Of a DNA stretch of 64,000 nucleotides, positions 9,084 to 17,852 are shown piece after piece. Within the stretch, counting starts at the first letter, position 1. Each line of letters opens with the position of its first letter. Below the pieces are notes generated by a model. It ran no database searches. It saw only the letters and a program-made list of their open reading frames with translations, and was not told the origin of the DNA. The DNA is from a virus. Where the stretch lies: positions 96,001 to 160,000 of the IMG/VR virus record IMGVR_UViG_3300045960_000114; one strand, 5' to 3'. The translations under genes and the position numbers were made by a program.

Positions 9084-9383
9084 ATGAAGCACATTCTGCT
9101 TGCCTCTTTTGTTCTGCTGCTTGTCGCTGGCTGTGTGGATGACCGCATCAAGCGTGCGTCAACCACGCTGAACGCCAAGACGCAGGTGGCGAACGAGGAG
9201 TTCGACAAGGCGCCCACTCAGGAAGCCAAGGTGCAGGTTGCCAAGGACTACTTCCAGACGGCGCCAGCGATGACCCAGGTGTTGCAGGATTACCTGACGG
9301 GGGTTGACCCGAAGAAGCCGGTGATCAAGGAAGATCCGAATGATCCGGCGTCGATGGTCCCCGTCAACTTGAAGCCGAGGTAG
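9084..9383 (+). CDS. Putative lipoprotein
   Basis: MKH, hydrophobic core, LVAG-C lipobox. AGGAGG RBS. Confidence 0.7.
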   Translation: MKHILLASFVLLLVAGCVDDRIKRASTTLNAKTQVANEEFDKAPTQEAKVQVAKDYFQTAPAMTQVLQDYLTGVDPKKPVIKEDPNDPASMVPVNLKPR

Positions 9384-9393
9384 CTTTAAAGCT

Positions 9394-9558
9394 GGTCGCA
9401 CACCGTGGAGCGGCGTCCCTGGAAACCCCTCCTCCACAACCGTTCTGCGGTGTGCGGCCTTTGAACTTGCTGTGACGACGTGATCCCAACATGGACATTG
9501 GGGATCACGTTCGGTTGTAAAAAGTCCATGTGTCGTATGGACCGCCCCGGCTGGGGCG
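9394..9558 (+). ncRNA. Structured non-coding element (20-bp hairpin, H-type pseudoknot, small hairpin)
   Basis: Pairings by eye: 9394-9413 with 9440-9459; 9478-9487 with 9501-9510; loop 9489-9496 with 9524-9531; 9543-9558. Confidence 0.55.
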
Positions 9559-9610
9559 CATTACCGTTGCTGTCGGAACTCTTTTCTTTTGCTATGCCCA
9601 GGAGGAACCC

Positions 9611-9925
9611 ATGGCCATCGACTGGAAGCAGTTCGACGCGGTTGGTACCGACCTGCTGGACTTGATCAAGCCTTACCTGCCCGCGCTCGCGCGTGAGGGG
9701 CCGGATGTGTTTGATGGGTTTATCAAGAATCTGATCAAGAAGGACTGGGGGGCGATCAGCACGGACATGTACCGGCGCATGACACCTGCGGAGCGGCTGG
9801 AGCTGGATAAGCAGGTCATTGACGGTGCGTACAAAGCCGCGCAGGCACGGTACAGGCAGATTCAGCTGGAGAAGGAAATCCTGATGAAGATCGTGATCCG
9901 GCTGGCTCTGACGGTAATTCCCTGA
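9611..9925 (+). CDS. Hypothetical helical protein
   Basis: GGAGG RBS before ATG 9611. Its stop is coupled to the next start. Confidence 0.75.
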   Translation: MAIDWKQFDAVGTDLLDLIKPYLPALAREGPDVFDGFIKNLIKKDWGAISTDMYRRMTPAERLELDKQVIDGAYKAAQARYRQIQLEKEILMKIVIRLALTVIP

Positions 9926-10476
9926 TGGAAGTCTCGGCCAAGATACGATTCATCACGCCATGCCTCGGTAACGAGCGGCGCGACCAACGCGACCTGATGC
10001 TGCGCAACAGCGACGGGTATGTCATCTTCTTGCAGAGCTGGTGGCGCTGCTCGCTCAGGTACGCTGCCAACGCGATCGGGCGCTGGCAGCGTGACGTGGA
10101 CGAGGTGCAGGCCGATCCGGTCGTTCGAGGGGAGACGGGCATTTACAGGCGGTTCTGGAACAGCAATCAGTATAAGGAGCACGAATCATTTTTGGCGGGC
10201 TCCGTTGTGGAGGTGAACTTCCTGCTTCCCTCCACGCTGGGTATTGAGGAGTTCAAAAAGATCCTGGTGACGGCTGGGAAGTACGCGGGGCTGTCGCCTT
10301 ATGGGTACAAGCAGGATTTTGGGAGGTTTGAGTTGCTGGAGCTGGTTAGGAGGGTCCATGTCCAAGCTGAAAGCCATCATCACGCGGTGGGGCAATCTGA
10401 TCAAGGTTCAGCCGCCGTTCAAGGAACTGTTGGCCAAGAAGTTGTCGTACAACCGCAGGGAACAGACGGGCGGTGA
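9925..10476 (+). CDS. RAMP/Cas7(Csm3/Csf2)-like protein, orphan
   Basis: IRFITPCLG, DxMLRNSDGYVIFLQSWWRCSLRYAA and a C-terminal Gly loop AGKYAGLSPYGYKQDFGRF. The layout resembles RAMP proteins. Confidence 0.5.
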   Translation: MEVSAKIRFITPCLGNERRDQRDLMLRNSDGYVIFLQSWWRCSLRYAANAIGRWQRDVDEVQADPVVRGETGIYRRFWNSNQYKEHESFLAGSVVEVNFLLPSTLGIEEFKKILVTAGKYAGLSPYGYKQDFGRFELLELVRRVHVQAESHHHAVGQSDQGSAAVQGTVGQEVVVQPQGTDGR

Positions 10477-11812
10477 TTCGAAGTCGGTCACGGTGACGCC
10501 CACATATCTCTTCCGCGAAGACGAAGACGGGCTGGTGGTTCCTGCCGGGTTGCTTGACCGTGTCCTTGTCACGCTTCGGATGTGCGACGTGGACGTCGAG
10601 TACCACGACCTGCGCAAACCGAAGCTGGGTGAGCCACACTTCGAGAACGTGGATCTGCTACGCGACGGGCAGGAGGAGGTTATTGCCCAGATCATTGGCA
10701 AAGACATGGGCATCATCTGGGCGCCGACTGGCATAGGCAAGAGCTTCATCATCCGCCAGATCCCGAAGCTGTGGCCCGAAGCGCGGATCCTTATCTCCTG
10801 CGCGTCCAAGGACATCGTGAAGCAGACCTACGCGGAACTGCTGGAGATGTTCTCGTCGGCGGCTGTCGGGTTCGTGGGCGACGGGCGCAACGAATCGGAC
10901 CGGCGCATCGTCTGCTGCGTGGACAAGTCGTTGCTGAAGGTCAACCCCAGCAAGTTCGACATACTGATCTACGATGAGGTCCACCGCGCGGCGGCGAAGA
11001 ACACCGCTGAGATCATTGCTTCGATCCAGGTGGAGCGCATCTATGGATTCAGTGCCAGCCCGTTTGGCCGGTCGGACCGGGCTGATCTCGAGACCCATGC
11101 GATGTTCGGGCCGGTCATCTGCAAGATCAACTACGAGGAGGCTGAGGCTTCAGGTTCCGTGGTCCCCGTCGATGTGTGGGTGTCATCGGCTGCCGATCTG
11201 CCGCAGGTCAGCAAGTCGACCACGACGGCGCTGGAGCGGTGGGGGCTATGGCGTAATGAGGAGCGCAATCGCCGGTTGCGCGAGGCCATTGAGTGGGTAT
11301 TTGCCACGTTCGGCGAGGACATGCAGACCCTGGTGACGGTGAAGACTGTTGAGCATGCGGTGTGTTTGAATTGTGCGCTGGAAGGGCTTGGCTTCGCACT
11401 GGTCTATGCCAACATGGACGGAGAGATGCGCGAACGCTGGGAGAAGATGCGCATGATTCCCAAAGGCGTTCATCCGATCACGTCTGATACGCGCGAACAG
11501 ATGCGCAAGGCTTTCCGCAGCGGTGAGCTGCGTCGTGCGATCGCTACTGGTGTATGGGGAACAGGCGTTGACTTCCCCAGGCTCAACGTCCTCGTACGTG
11601 CTGATGGCGCTGGTGGCACCATTCCAAACACGCAGTTGCCCGGACGTGTTACGCGTCGTTCTGATGGCAAGACGGTGGGCATCGTCATCGACATAGATGA
11701 CAGGTTCAATCAGACGTTGTCCAACCGCTATGAGAGGCGGTCAAGGGACTACCGTAAACGTGGTTGGCAGGTACGTTACATCAAAGCACCTGCCGCCTAC
11801 CTTCAGGGGTAA
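10358..11812 (+). CDS. Superfamily 2 helicase (UvsW/XPB-like)
   Basis: APTGIGKS, DEVH, SAS, TGVWGTGVDFP, QLPGRVTR. Confidence 0.9.
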   Translation: MSKLKAIITRWGNLIKVQPPFKELLAKKLSYNRREQTGGDSKSVTVTPTYLFREDEDGLVVPAGLLDRVLVTLRMCDVDVEYHDLRKPKLGEPHFENVDLLRDGQEEVIAQIIGKDMGIIWAPTGIGKSFIIRQIPKLWPEARILISCASKDIVKQTYAELLEMFSSAAVGFVGDGRNESDRRIVCCVDKSLLKVNPSKFDILIYDEVHRAAAKNTAEIIASIQVERIYGFSASPFGRSDRADLETHAMFGPVICKINYEEAEASGSVVPVDVWVSSAADLPQVSKSTTTALERWGLWRNEERNRRLREAIEWVFATFGEDMQTLVTVKTVEHAVCLNCALEGLGFALVYANMDGEMRERWEKMRMIPKGVHPITSDTREQMRKAFRSGELRRAIATGVWGTGVDFPRLNVLVRADGAGGTIPNTQLPGRVTRRSDGKTVGIVIDIDDRFNQTLSNRYERRSRDYRKRGWQVRYIKAPAAYLQG

Positions 11813-11815
11813 GCC

Positions 11816-12373
11816 ATGGATCATGAGGAAAAGGTCTCTCTCTACGTGGAGAGGCTGATGGATGCGTATGTCCGTTTGCGCAGGAAGTACCGGCCCACCT
11901 TCGTCAAGGTGAACAGTCCGAACGTCCGGCTGTGGCGCAGCTGTGCCACCGCGCTGATTGAGATGAACCTCAATCCGTATCAGTTCGCACAGTACGTTTT
12001 CGATCTGGTCACCGAGCGGCGACCGGATGTTTACGAGTCGGAGATTACATCGGTGAAGTTGGCCAATGCGCACGCGCAAGACCGGCCCATGCTTAAGGAG
12101 AAGCTGAAGCTGCAGGTGAGCCTGCAGGCCGCCAAGATCAAGAATCACCTGAAGCTGGGTGAACCGCTGGCGGACATTTTGATGAACGAGACGTATGGCT
12201 TATTGCTGCCTGTTCGTTTCGCCACGGCATGGTCGGAGGGGCTCAAGGACTTGGCTGAGCACCTGCGACCTGAGGCCGAAGAGGCAATCATCTTTGAGCC
12301 GTATTACTTGGAACTGCTCAAGGATTACTTACCGGAGGACATTCACAATGTCGTCAGAGTACATACGTCTTAG
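11816..12373 (+). CDS. Hypothetical protein between the helicases (possible loader)
   Basis: Continuous ORF. The function is guessed from position only. Confidence 0.65.
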   Translation: MDHEEKVSLYVERLMDAYVRLRRKYRPTFVKVNSPNVRLWRSCATALIEMNLNPYQFAQYVFDLVTERRPDVYESEITSVKLANAHAQDRPMLKEKLKLQVSLQAAKIKNHLKLGEPLADILMNETYGLLLPVRFATAWSEGLKDLAEHLRPEAEEAIIFEPYYLELLKDYLPEDIHNVVRVHTS

Positions 12374-13841
12374 GAATTCGTTCTCTCGGCTGGAAATGGA
12401 CATGCTTCTGTGCCATGTGGTGCGCTGTACCCCGGTCATGCGCGCCGCGTTCGGGCGGCTGAAGGTAGAGCAGTTCATCCCTGACGCGGAGTTCGTCCAC
12501 CAGTTGCTGTGGGCGACCGCCTCCGAGTTCTACGACGCGCACAAGAAGGGAATCCCCGAGTCGGCCATGCGGGCGATCCTGGACAAGAAGAAAGAGGACA
12601 ATCCGGATTATTTCGGTGGGAATATCTACGACAACATTCTGGCTACGGTGATCTTCATCTACGGGCTGCCGGAGCAGGACCTGGTCCCGAGTTACGGCGT
12701 AGAACTGGTCAAGCGGTTCGTGGGGGAACGCCAGATTGGCGTCCAGTTCATCGGCGCAGCGCAGTCTGGTGTCCTTCAGCGGCAGCATTTGTGGGAGATG
12801 TTGGATACGGCACAGCAGTTGGACGCGCTTACGCCGCAGCCAACGATCTTGCCATTCAGCTCGCGCTCTGGCCCGCTGCTGGGCGTCAAGCCTCGCGAAC
12901 CCACGGGCGTCACATTCCTTGACGTGTTGATGAACGGTGGCCCGCGCAAGGGCGAGTTGTACGGTTTCCTGGCTCCGTCAGGTGGTGGTAAGACTACCCT
13001 GGCTAACCAGATTGCCATCAACTACGCCATGAGTGGGAAGCACATCATGGTCTTCACTTACGAGCAGCCGCCGGATGCGGAGTACATGATCCCCGTTTAC
13101 GCGTGTGCCGCGCAGACGGACCGGGGCAAGTTCGAGCGCATCGTTAATTTCTCAGGAGACTTATCTTTCTTGGACGAGAAAGAGCGCGAGCGATTCGAGC
13201 GCATGGGCAAGATCATCGGCGAGAACCTGCATTATCGGGATATGACTTCGGGCTCGCGGTATGGGGCTGAGGAGATCAAATCGCTGGTGGAGCAGGAGCA
13301 GCAGCAGAGCAAGATCAAGATCGACGCGATCATCGTCGACTGGTTCTGGCCGATGGTGACACGATCCTACGACCGGCTGGAGCTGGGTCGCGGGAAGAAG
13401 AAGGAAGTCCGCGGTTACGCCCAGGATCAGATTGACCGGCTCAAGGTCATCTGCATGGAGTTGGGTGTCTGGGGTTGGCTGACTCATCAGCTAAAGCCTG
13501 ATGCCGCCAAGAAGAACAAGATCATGGACTTCGAGGATGCAGCCGAGCTGAAGTCATTTGCGTGGTACATGAACGGCTGTTTCTGCTTGTCGAAGATGGA
13601 CGACGAGTGTCTGGCGCCGTTGAAATTTTCCAAGGCGCGTAGCCATAAGGCCGATCACACCGTGGTCAAGTTGCTGGGCAACATCGCCACGTTTGTCGAT
13701 GCTGCCAACATGGTGTTTGATCCTCGCCGGAAGAAGTGGGTGGAGAAGGGGAAGGAGAATGCGGTGCCCAAAGCCAACGAGTCAGACAAAACGCCCACTC
13801 GCGTTGACTACGAGGGTAGGGTGGGGGCGGTGCGAACATGA
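12348..13841 (+). CDS. dnaB: DnaB-like replicative helicase
   Basis: LAPSGGGKTT, FTYEQ, IIVDW, LTHQL. Adjacent to the primase. Confidence 0.85.
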   Translation: MSSEYIRLRNSFSRLEMDMLLCHVVRCTPVMRAAFGRLKVEQFIPDAEFVHQLLWATASEFYDAHKKGIPESAMRAILDKKKEDNPDYFGGNIYDNILATVIFIYGLPEQDLVPSYGVELVKRFVGERQIGVQFIGAAQSGVLQRQHLWEMLDTAQQLDALTPQPTILPFSSRSGPLLGVKPREPTGVTFLDVLMNGGPRKGELYGFLAPSGGGKTTLANQIAINYAMSGKHIMVFTYEQPPDAEYMIPVYACAAQTDRGKFERIVNFSGDLSFLDEKERERFERMGKIIGENLHYRDMTSGSRYGAEEIKSLVEQEQQQSKIKIDAIIVDWFWPMVTRSYDRLELGRGKKKEVRGYAQDQIDRLKVICMELGVWGWLTHQLKPDAAKKNKIMDFEDAAELKSFAWYMNGCFCLSKMDDECLAPLKFSKARSHKADHTVVKLLGNIATFVDAANMVFDPRRKKWVEKGKENAVPKANESDKTPTRVDYEGRVGAVRT

Positions 13842-14851
13842 GCGAAGTCAAGCCCCTGAATCCGAACCTGTACATCATGTTGCGCAAGCGGTTCGGTAAG
13901 GTGAAGATCTCCAATGAAGGTGAGCGTGCAGTCAGCCAGACCGTACCTGACATTTTCTCGTCTAAGAAACTGAAGACGCATGACCTGCAGACCGGCGAGT
14001 ATTACCGTGTCTGCTGCCCTGCGTGTGGTGATCGTCGATACCGGCTCTACATCAACTACAGGTGGAACACGGGTGAGAACACGATCTTCACCAAGTACCT
14101 GGCTTGCTGCTTCAACGAGGGCTGTGATCTGCGGTTCCTCGACGAAGAAATCAAGCCTTACATTGGGGGCAAACTGATCCTGTCGGACTTCGGCTATGAA
14201 CCTCCGCCGAAGTTCAAGGAGATCACGTTGCCCGGCAAGTGTGTTCCACTCAACGAACTCGGTGATTCCCACCCGGCCACGAAGTATGTGGTGGGGCGGC
14301 GCTTTTCGCCGAAATACCTGTTTGAGGCGTGGGGTGTCCAGTTCTGTACAGAACATCCCAGCGACTTGATCAGGAACCGGTTGGTCATTCCTTTCTACTG
14401 GGAGGGCAAGCTGGTCGGCTGGCAGACGCGCGCCATCGTGCCGCATGCGGACCCCAAGTATTACACCATGCCGGGGCTGCAGAAGGCGAACATGTTGTTC
14501 AATGGCGATCGGGCGCGGCTGTTCAAGCTGGGTGTGATCGTAGAAGGCGTGTTCGATGCCTTTCGTGTTGGGACTGCGGCTGTTGCCTTGTTGGGTACCT
14601 CGGTAAGCATGATCCAGCGCAGGCTGATCCATGCTTACTGGGGCAATGGTGGCATCTGCATCATGCTGGATTCGGATGCGGTGGACAAGATGGAGAAGGC
14701 CACGAACCTGTTCACGCCCAGTGCTTTCAAGCTGGGTGTGTTCTCTGTGGAATTGCCGCAGGGTAAGGATCCGGCAGACATGTCACGTAACGGCGTGTGG
14801 AAGGAGATAGGAAAGCGTGCAGCAGCTCTACGAATACCAGTTGCCGGCTAA
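13838..14851 (+). CDS. DNA primase (Zn-binding plus TOPRIM)
   Basis: CCPACGD...C, GWQTR, PKYY, VEGVFDA, MLDSD, GKDPAD. Confidence 0.88.
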   Translation: MSEVKPLNPNLYIMLRKRFGKVKISNEGERAVSQTVPDIFSSKKLKTHDLQTGEYYRVCCPACGDRRYRLYINYRWNTGENTIFTKYLACCFNEGCDLRFLDEEIKPYIGGKLILSDFGYEPPPKFKEITLPGKCVPLNELGDSHPATKYVVGRRFSPKYLFEAWGVQFCTEHPSDLIRNRLVIPFYWEGKLVGWQTRAIVPHADPKYYTMPGLQKANMLFNGDRARLFKLGVIVEGVFDAFRVGTAAVALLGTSVSMIQRRLIHAYWGNGGICIMLDSDAVDKMEKATNLFTPSAFKLGVFSVELPQGKDPADMSRNGVWKEIGKRAAALRIPVAG

Positions 14852-17753
14852 TTTCGAACTGGACCCGGATGCGCTGGCTATGGCACCGGTTGCTGGGAGT
14901 ACGGAAGAACCAAGCATCTTTGACCGGTATTGTGCTCAACTCGGCTACCCCAGCGCCGAGATACTGGCCAAGGTCATGCTTTTGAATCCCGTGTTCATGC
15001 CGGTGGTCGACAAGAAGGGAAATTCGACACAGCCTGTCCTCTGGTTACCAGGGCATACGTACGGGAATGCGGAACGTGGACCGATCAGGCATTACGACAT
15101 CATGGCTGTTGGTAAGATGCCTGGTCCAGAGGAGTTAGAGCGGCAGCTCAATTTCGCCGGCCCTGCCGGGAAGTTGCTGCGGGACATTGCGAACAGTCTT
15201 GGTTACCACCAGCTCAACAACTGGTACTTCACCAACATTGTGCGCTTCATACCGCCGACGGTTGGGAAGGCGGCGCTGCCAAACCTCTACGTGGAAATCT
15301 GCTTCCCTTTGCTGCTACAGGAGATAGCGCTGGTAAAGCCGCGTATTTTGGTGCTGATGGGCGCAGATGCTGTCAAGGCTGTGGCTGGCAAGCACACCAC
15401 CTTAAGCAACATGCGTTCGTCGGTCTTTGTGCTGCGCGGGCCGCGCGGGATCAGGCAGCCGATGGAGAACTACGCCCTACTGGAAGACAAGCCTGAGGAT
15501 GCTACCCTGGTTTGCGCTACAATCCATCCTGCGGCGGTTTTGCGCGAGAATGGGCTCATGGACGGTCTGACGGCGGATTTGACCCGCATTCGCGACCTGC
15601 ACATCGGCAGGGACCCAACAGTGACGGACCTCAAGTCGCGTGACTACTTCTACGTCAGGACACATGAAGAGCTCAGGGGGGTGGTAGATGCCATCTTCAC
15701 GCAGACCGGCCAGATCCCGATTGCGGTAGACTGTGAAACAGGCGGCAGAGATTTCCGAACTGGGCTGGTTCGTTCGATCCAATTCTCCTGGGCGCCGCGC
15801 ACGGCCTGTGTGGTGATTCTGGCCAATACGGGTGGTGAGCAGGCGCAGAGTTCAAGCGAACGGGCACTGATGGTAAACGAGCTGCGTCGGCTCTTCACGG
15901 ATCCGCGCGCGCAGCTGATCTTCCACAACGGGCGGTTTGAAGCCAAGTGGCTTGGTCATCTGGGGTTGGAGATGATAAACCGGTTCTATTTCGACACCAT
16001 GCTGGCCGACCATTGTCTTAACGCGAACGCTGAACATGGGTTGGAGGCGTTGTCAATCCGTTACACGAACATGGGCCGTTACGACTGGGAGCTGGCTGAA
16101 TGGGTCAAGGCGCATGGCGGTATGGCCATGGTCAAGGAGCGTGGCTATCTGGACGTGCCGGAAGACATCCTGCTGCCTTATGCGGCCTGTGATACGGACT
16201 GCACGTGGCGCTGTTACCGCGTGCTGAGTGAGACGCTGGAGCGGCCTGAGAACAAACAACTGCGGGACCTGTTCTTCAATGTCATCATGCCGTGCAACGC
16301 GCCGCTGCATGAGATGGAACGGTTGGGCGTGCTGGTGGACAGGGACAGGCTGGTTGAGCTGACCCATCGGTTCCATGAGCGCAAGGAACGGTTGGTCCAG
16401 CACATCAGGATGCGCGTGGGTGATGATTCCTTCAACCCACGGAGCACGCAGCAGAAGGCGAAGCTGCTCTTTGAGAACCTGGGGTTACCCCCCTACAAGA
16501 CGACGGGCAAGCCCTCCAGGATGTGGGTGGACCTGACTCCGTCGGAGGTGGTGAACTCGACGCCGGCGGTTGACCTCGAGACGTTGGAGGCAATACAGGC
16601 AAACGATAAGACTGGGATTGTTCAACTGCTGCATGACTTTGCGGTTGTGGACCAGGTCTGCAAGCAGTTCCTGACGTATGAAGACGGTGTTGAAGGTGGG
16701 CTGATCGATTACATCTCAAGTGACGGACGTATCCACACCAGCTTCTCCCAGACGTCTGAAACCGGGCGGGAGAAGAGTTCGGATCCAAATTGTCAGAATT
16801 TACCGAAGGCACAGGAAGAAGAACTGAGGCGCATCCTCGGCTCGGACCTGCCATCCATACGAAGCGCGTTCATCGCGCCTCAGGGAAGCGTAATCATCGA
16901 GGCTGATTACAAGTCGGCTGAGATCTTCACGCTTGGGTATCTGTCGAACTGTCCCAAACTGATTAGAGACGCGAGTAGTGATCTGCATGCTCGTGGTGCT
17001 GTGAACTACTTTGGTGCGCCCAGATGGAAGGGATTTGAGGAAGGTAAGAAACCGCCAGGCGACTGGAAGGAACAGTATGGTGCCATGCGTGTGGCGGCGA
17101 AAACCATCAACTTCGGCATCGCGTATCAGCGCGGTGCCAAAGCAGTTGCACGGGCGATCATCGCCGAGACGGGTGGTAAGTTGTGTCCCTCGCCTGAGGA
17201 GGCACAGGAGTTCATTGACGGGTTCTACAACACGTACCCGGAAGTAAGGGATTACGTGGATTACTGTAAGACGAGCGTGGTACAACCGGGCTACGTGTCG
17301 AACGCTTACGGAAGGCGTCGACGCTTCATGGCCCAGTCAACTGATGAACGAGGCCAGTTGGCTGCGTTTGAGCGAGAAGCCGTGAACATGCCGATCCAAG
17401 GGACGGTGGCTGATACGCTTAACGCTGCTATTTCCAACATGTTCAGGTGGAGATCAATGTATGCGGGTCGTTGCAACTACCGCATTATACTGGTTGTCCA
17501 CGACGCTGTTCTCATAGAGGTTCCAGGTGAGGAGGCGCATATAGTTTACAATGAAGTTCTTCCGCAGTGCATGACTACCATGGCGGTGGTACCTCCCTGG
17601 TATCCATGGCCGCATACAATCAGAAAATCCGAACCTTTCACCCTTGACGTTGATCGAGAAGTGTATATAAGGTGGGGCGTCAAAGCGACCAAAGAAGAGT
17701 TGGTTGCTCGTGGCGTTAGCACAGAACACGCAGAACTGATGACTAAGCACTAA
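14817..17753 (+). CDS. polA: Family A DNA polymerase with N-terminal uracil-DNA-glycosylase-like domain and 3'-5' exonuclease (start uncertain)
   Basis: UDG-like: FAGPAGKLL, TNIV, TIHPAAVLR. Exonuclease: DCE, HNGRFE, YAACD. Polymerase: ADYKSAE, RVAAKTINFGIAY, VHDA. Confidence 0.93.
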   Translation: MQQLYEYQLPANFELDPDALAMAPVAGSTEEPSIFDRYCAQLGYPSAEILAKVMLLNPVFMPVVDKKGNSTQPVLWLPGHTYGNAERGPIRHYDIMAVGKMPGPEELERQLNFAGPAGKLLRDIANSLGYHQLNNWYFTNIVRFIPPTVGKAALPNLYVEICFPLLLQEIALVKPRILVLMGADAVKAVAGKHTTLSNMRSSVFVLRGPRGIRQPMENYALLEDKPEDATLVCATIHPAAVLRENGLMDGLTADLTRIRDLHIGRDPTVTDLKSRDYFYVRTHEELRGVVDAIFTQTGQIPIAVDCETGGRDFRTGLVRSIQFSWAPRTACVVILANTGGEQAQSSSERALMVNELRRLFTDPRAQLIFHNGRFEAKWLGHLGLEMINRFYFDTMLADHCLNANAEHGLEALSIRYTNMGRYDWELAEWVKAHGGMAMVKERGYLDVPEDILLPYAACDTDCTWRCYRVLSETLERPENKQLRDLFFNVIMPCNAPLHEMERLGVLVDRDRLVELTHRFHERKERLVQHIRMRVGDDSFNPRSTQQKAKLLFENLGLPPYKTTGKPSRMWVDLTPSEVVNSTPAVDLETLEAIQANDKTGIVQLLHDFAVVDQVCKQFLTYEDGVEGGLIDYISSDGRIHTSFSQTSETGREKSSDPNCQNLPKAQEEELRRILGSDLPSIRSAFIAPQGSVIIEADYKSAEIFTLGYLSNCPKLIRDASSDLHARGAVNYFGAPRWKGFEEGKKPPGDWKEQYGAMRVAAKTINFGIAYQRGAKAVARAIIAETGGKLCPSPEEAQEFIDGFYNTYPEVRDYVDYCKTSVVQPGYVSNAYGRRRRFMAQSTDERGQLAAFEREAVNMPIQGTVADTLNAAISNMFRWRSMYAGRCNYRIILVVHDAVLIEVPGEEAHIVYNEVLPQCMTTMAVVPPWYPWPHTIRKSEPFTLDVDREVYIRWGVKATKEELVARGVSTEHAELMTKH

Positions 17754-17852
17754 GTACCAAGGACTGACTGACGACGGACATCGAGAATAGCGGGAAACGA
17801 GTGGTACCTCGTACCATAGTTTCTAATTACCCATGGTGAAAGGAGACTTACC

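Noticed and set aside
9384-10500. CRISPR array or mini-array near the RAMP-like gene
   Set aside because: No regularly spaced direct repeats seen here or elsewhere in the window. The hairpins are single-copy.
14817-17753. Inteins or introns in polA (also checked dnaB, recA, nrdJ)
   Set aside because: Motifs are contiguous at normal spacing, with no C/S...HN splice ends or LAGLIDADG/HNH inserts seen.
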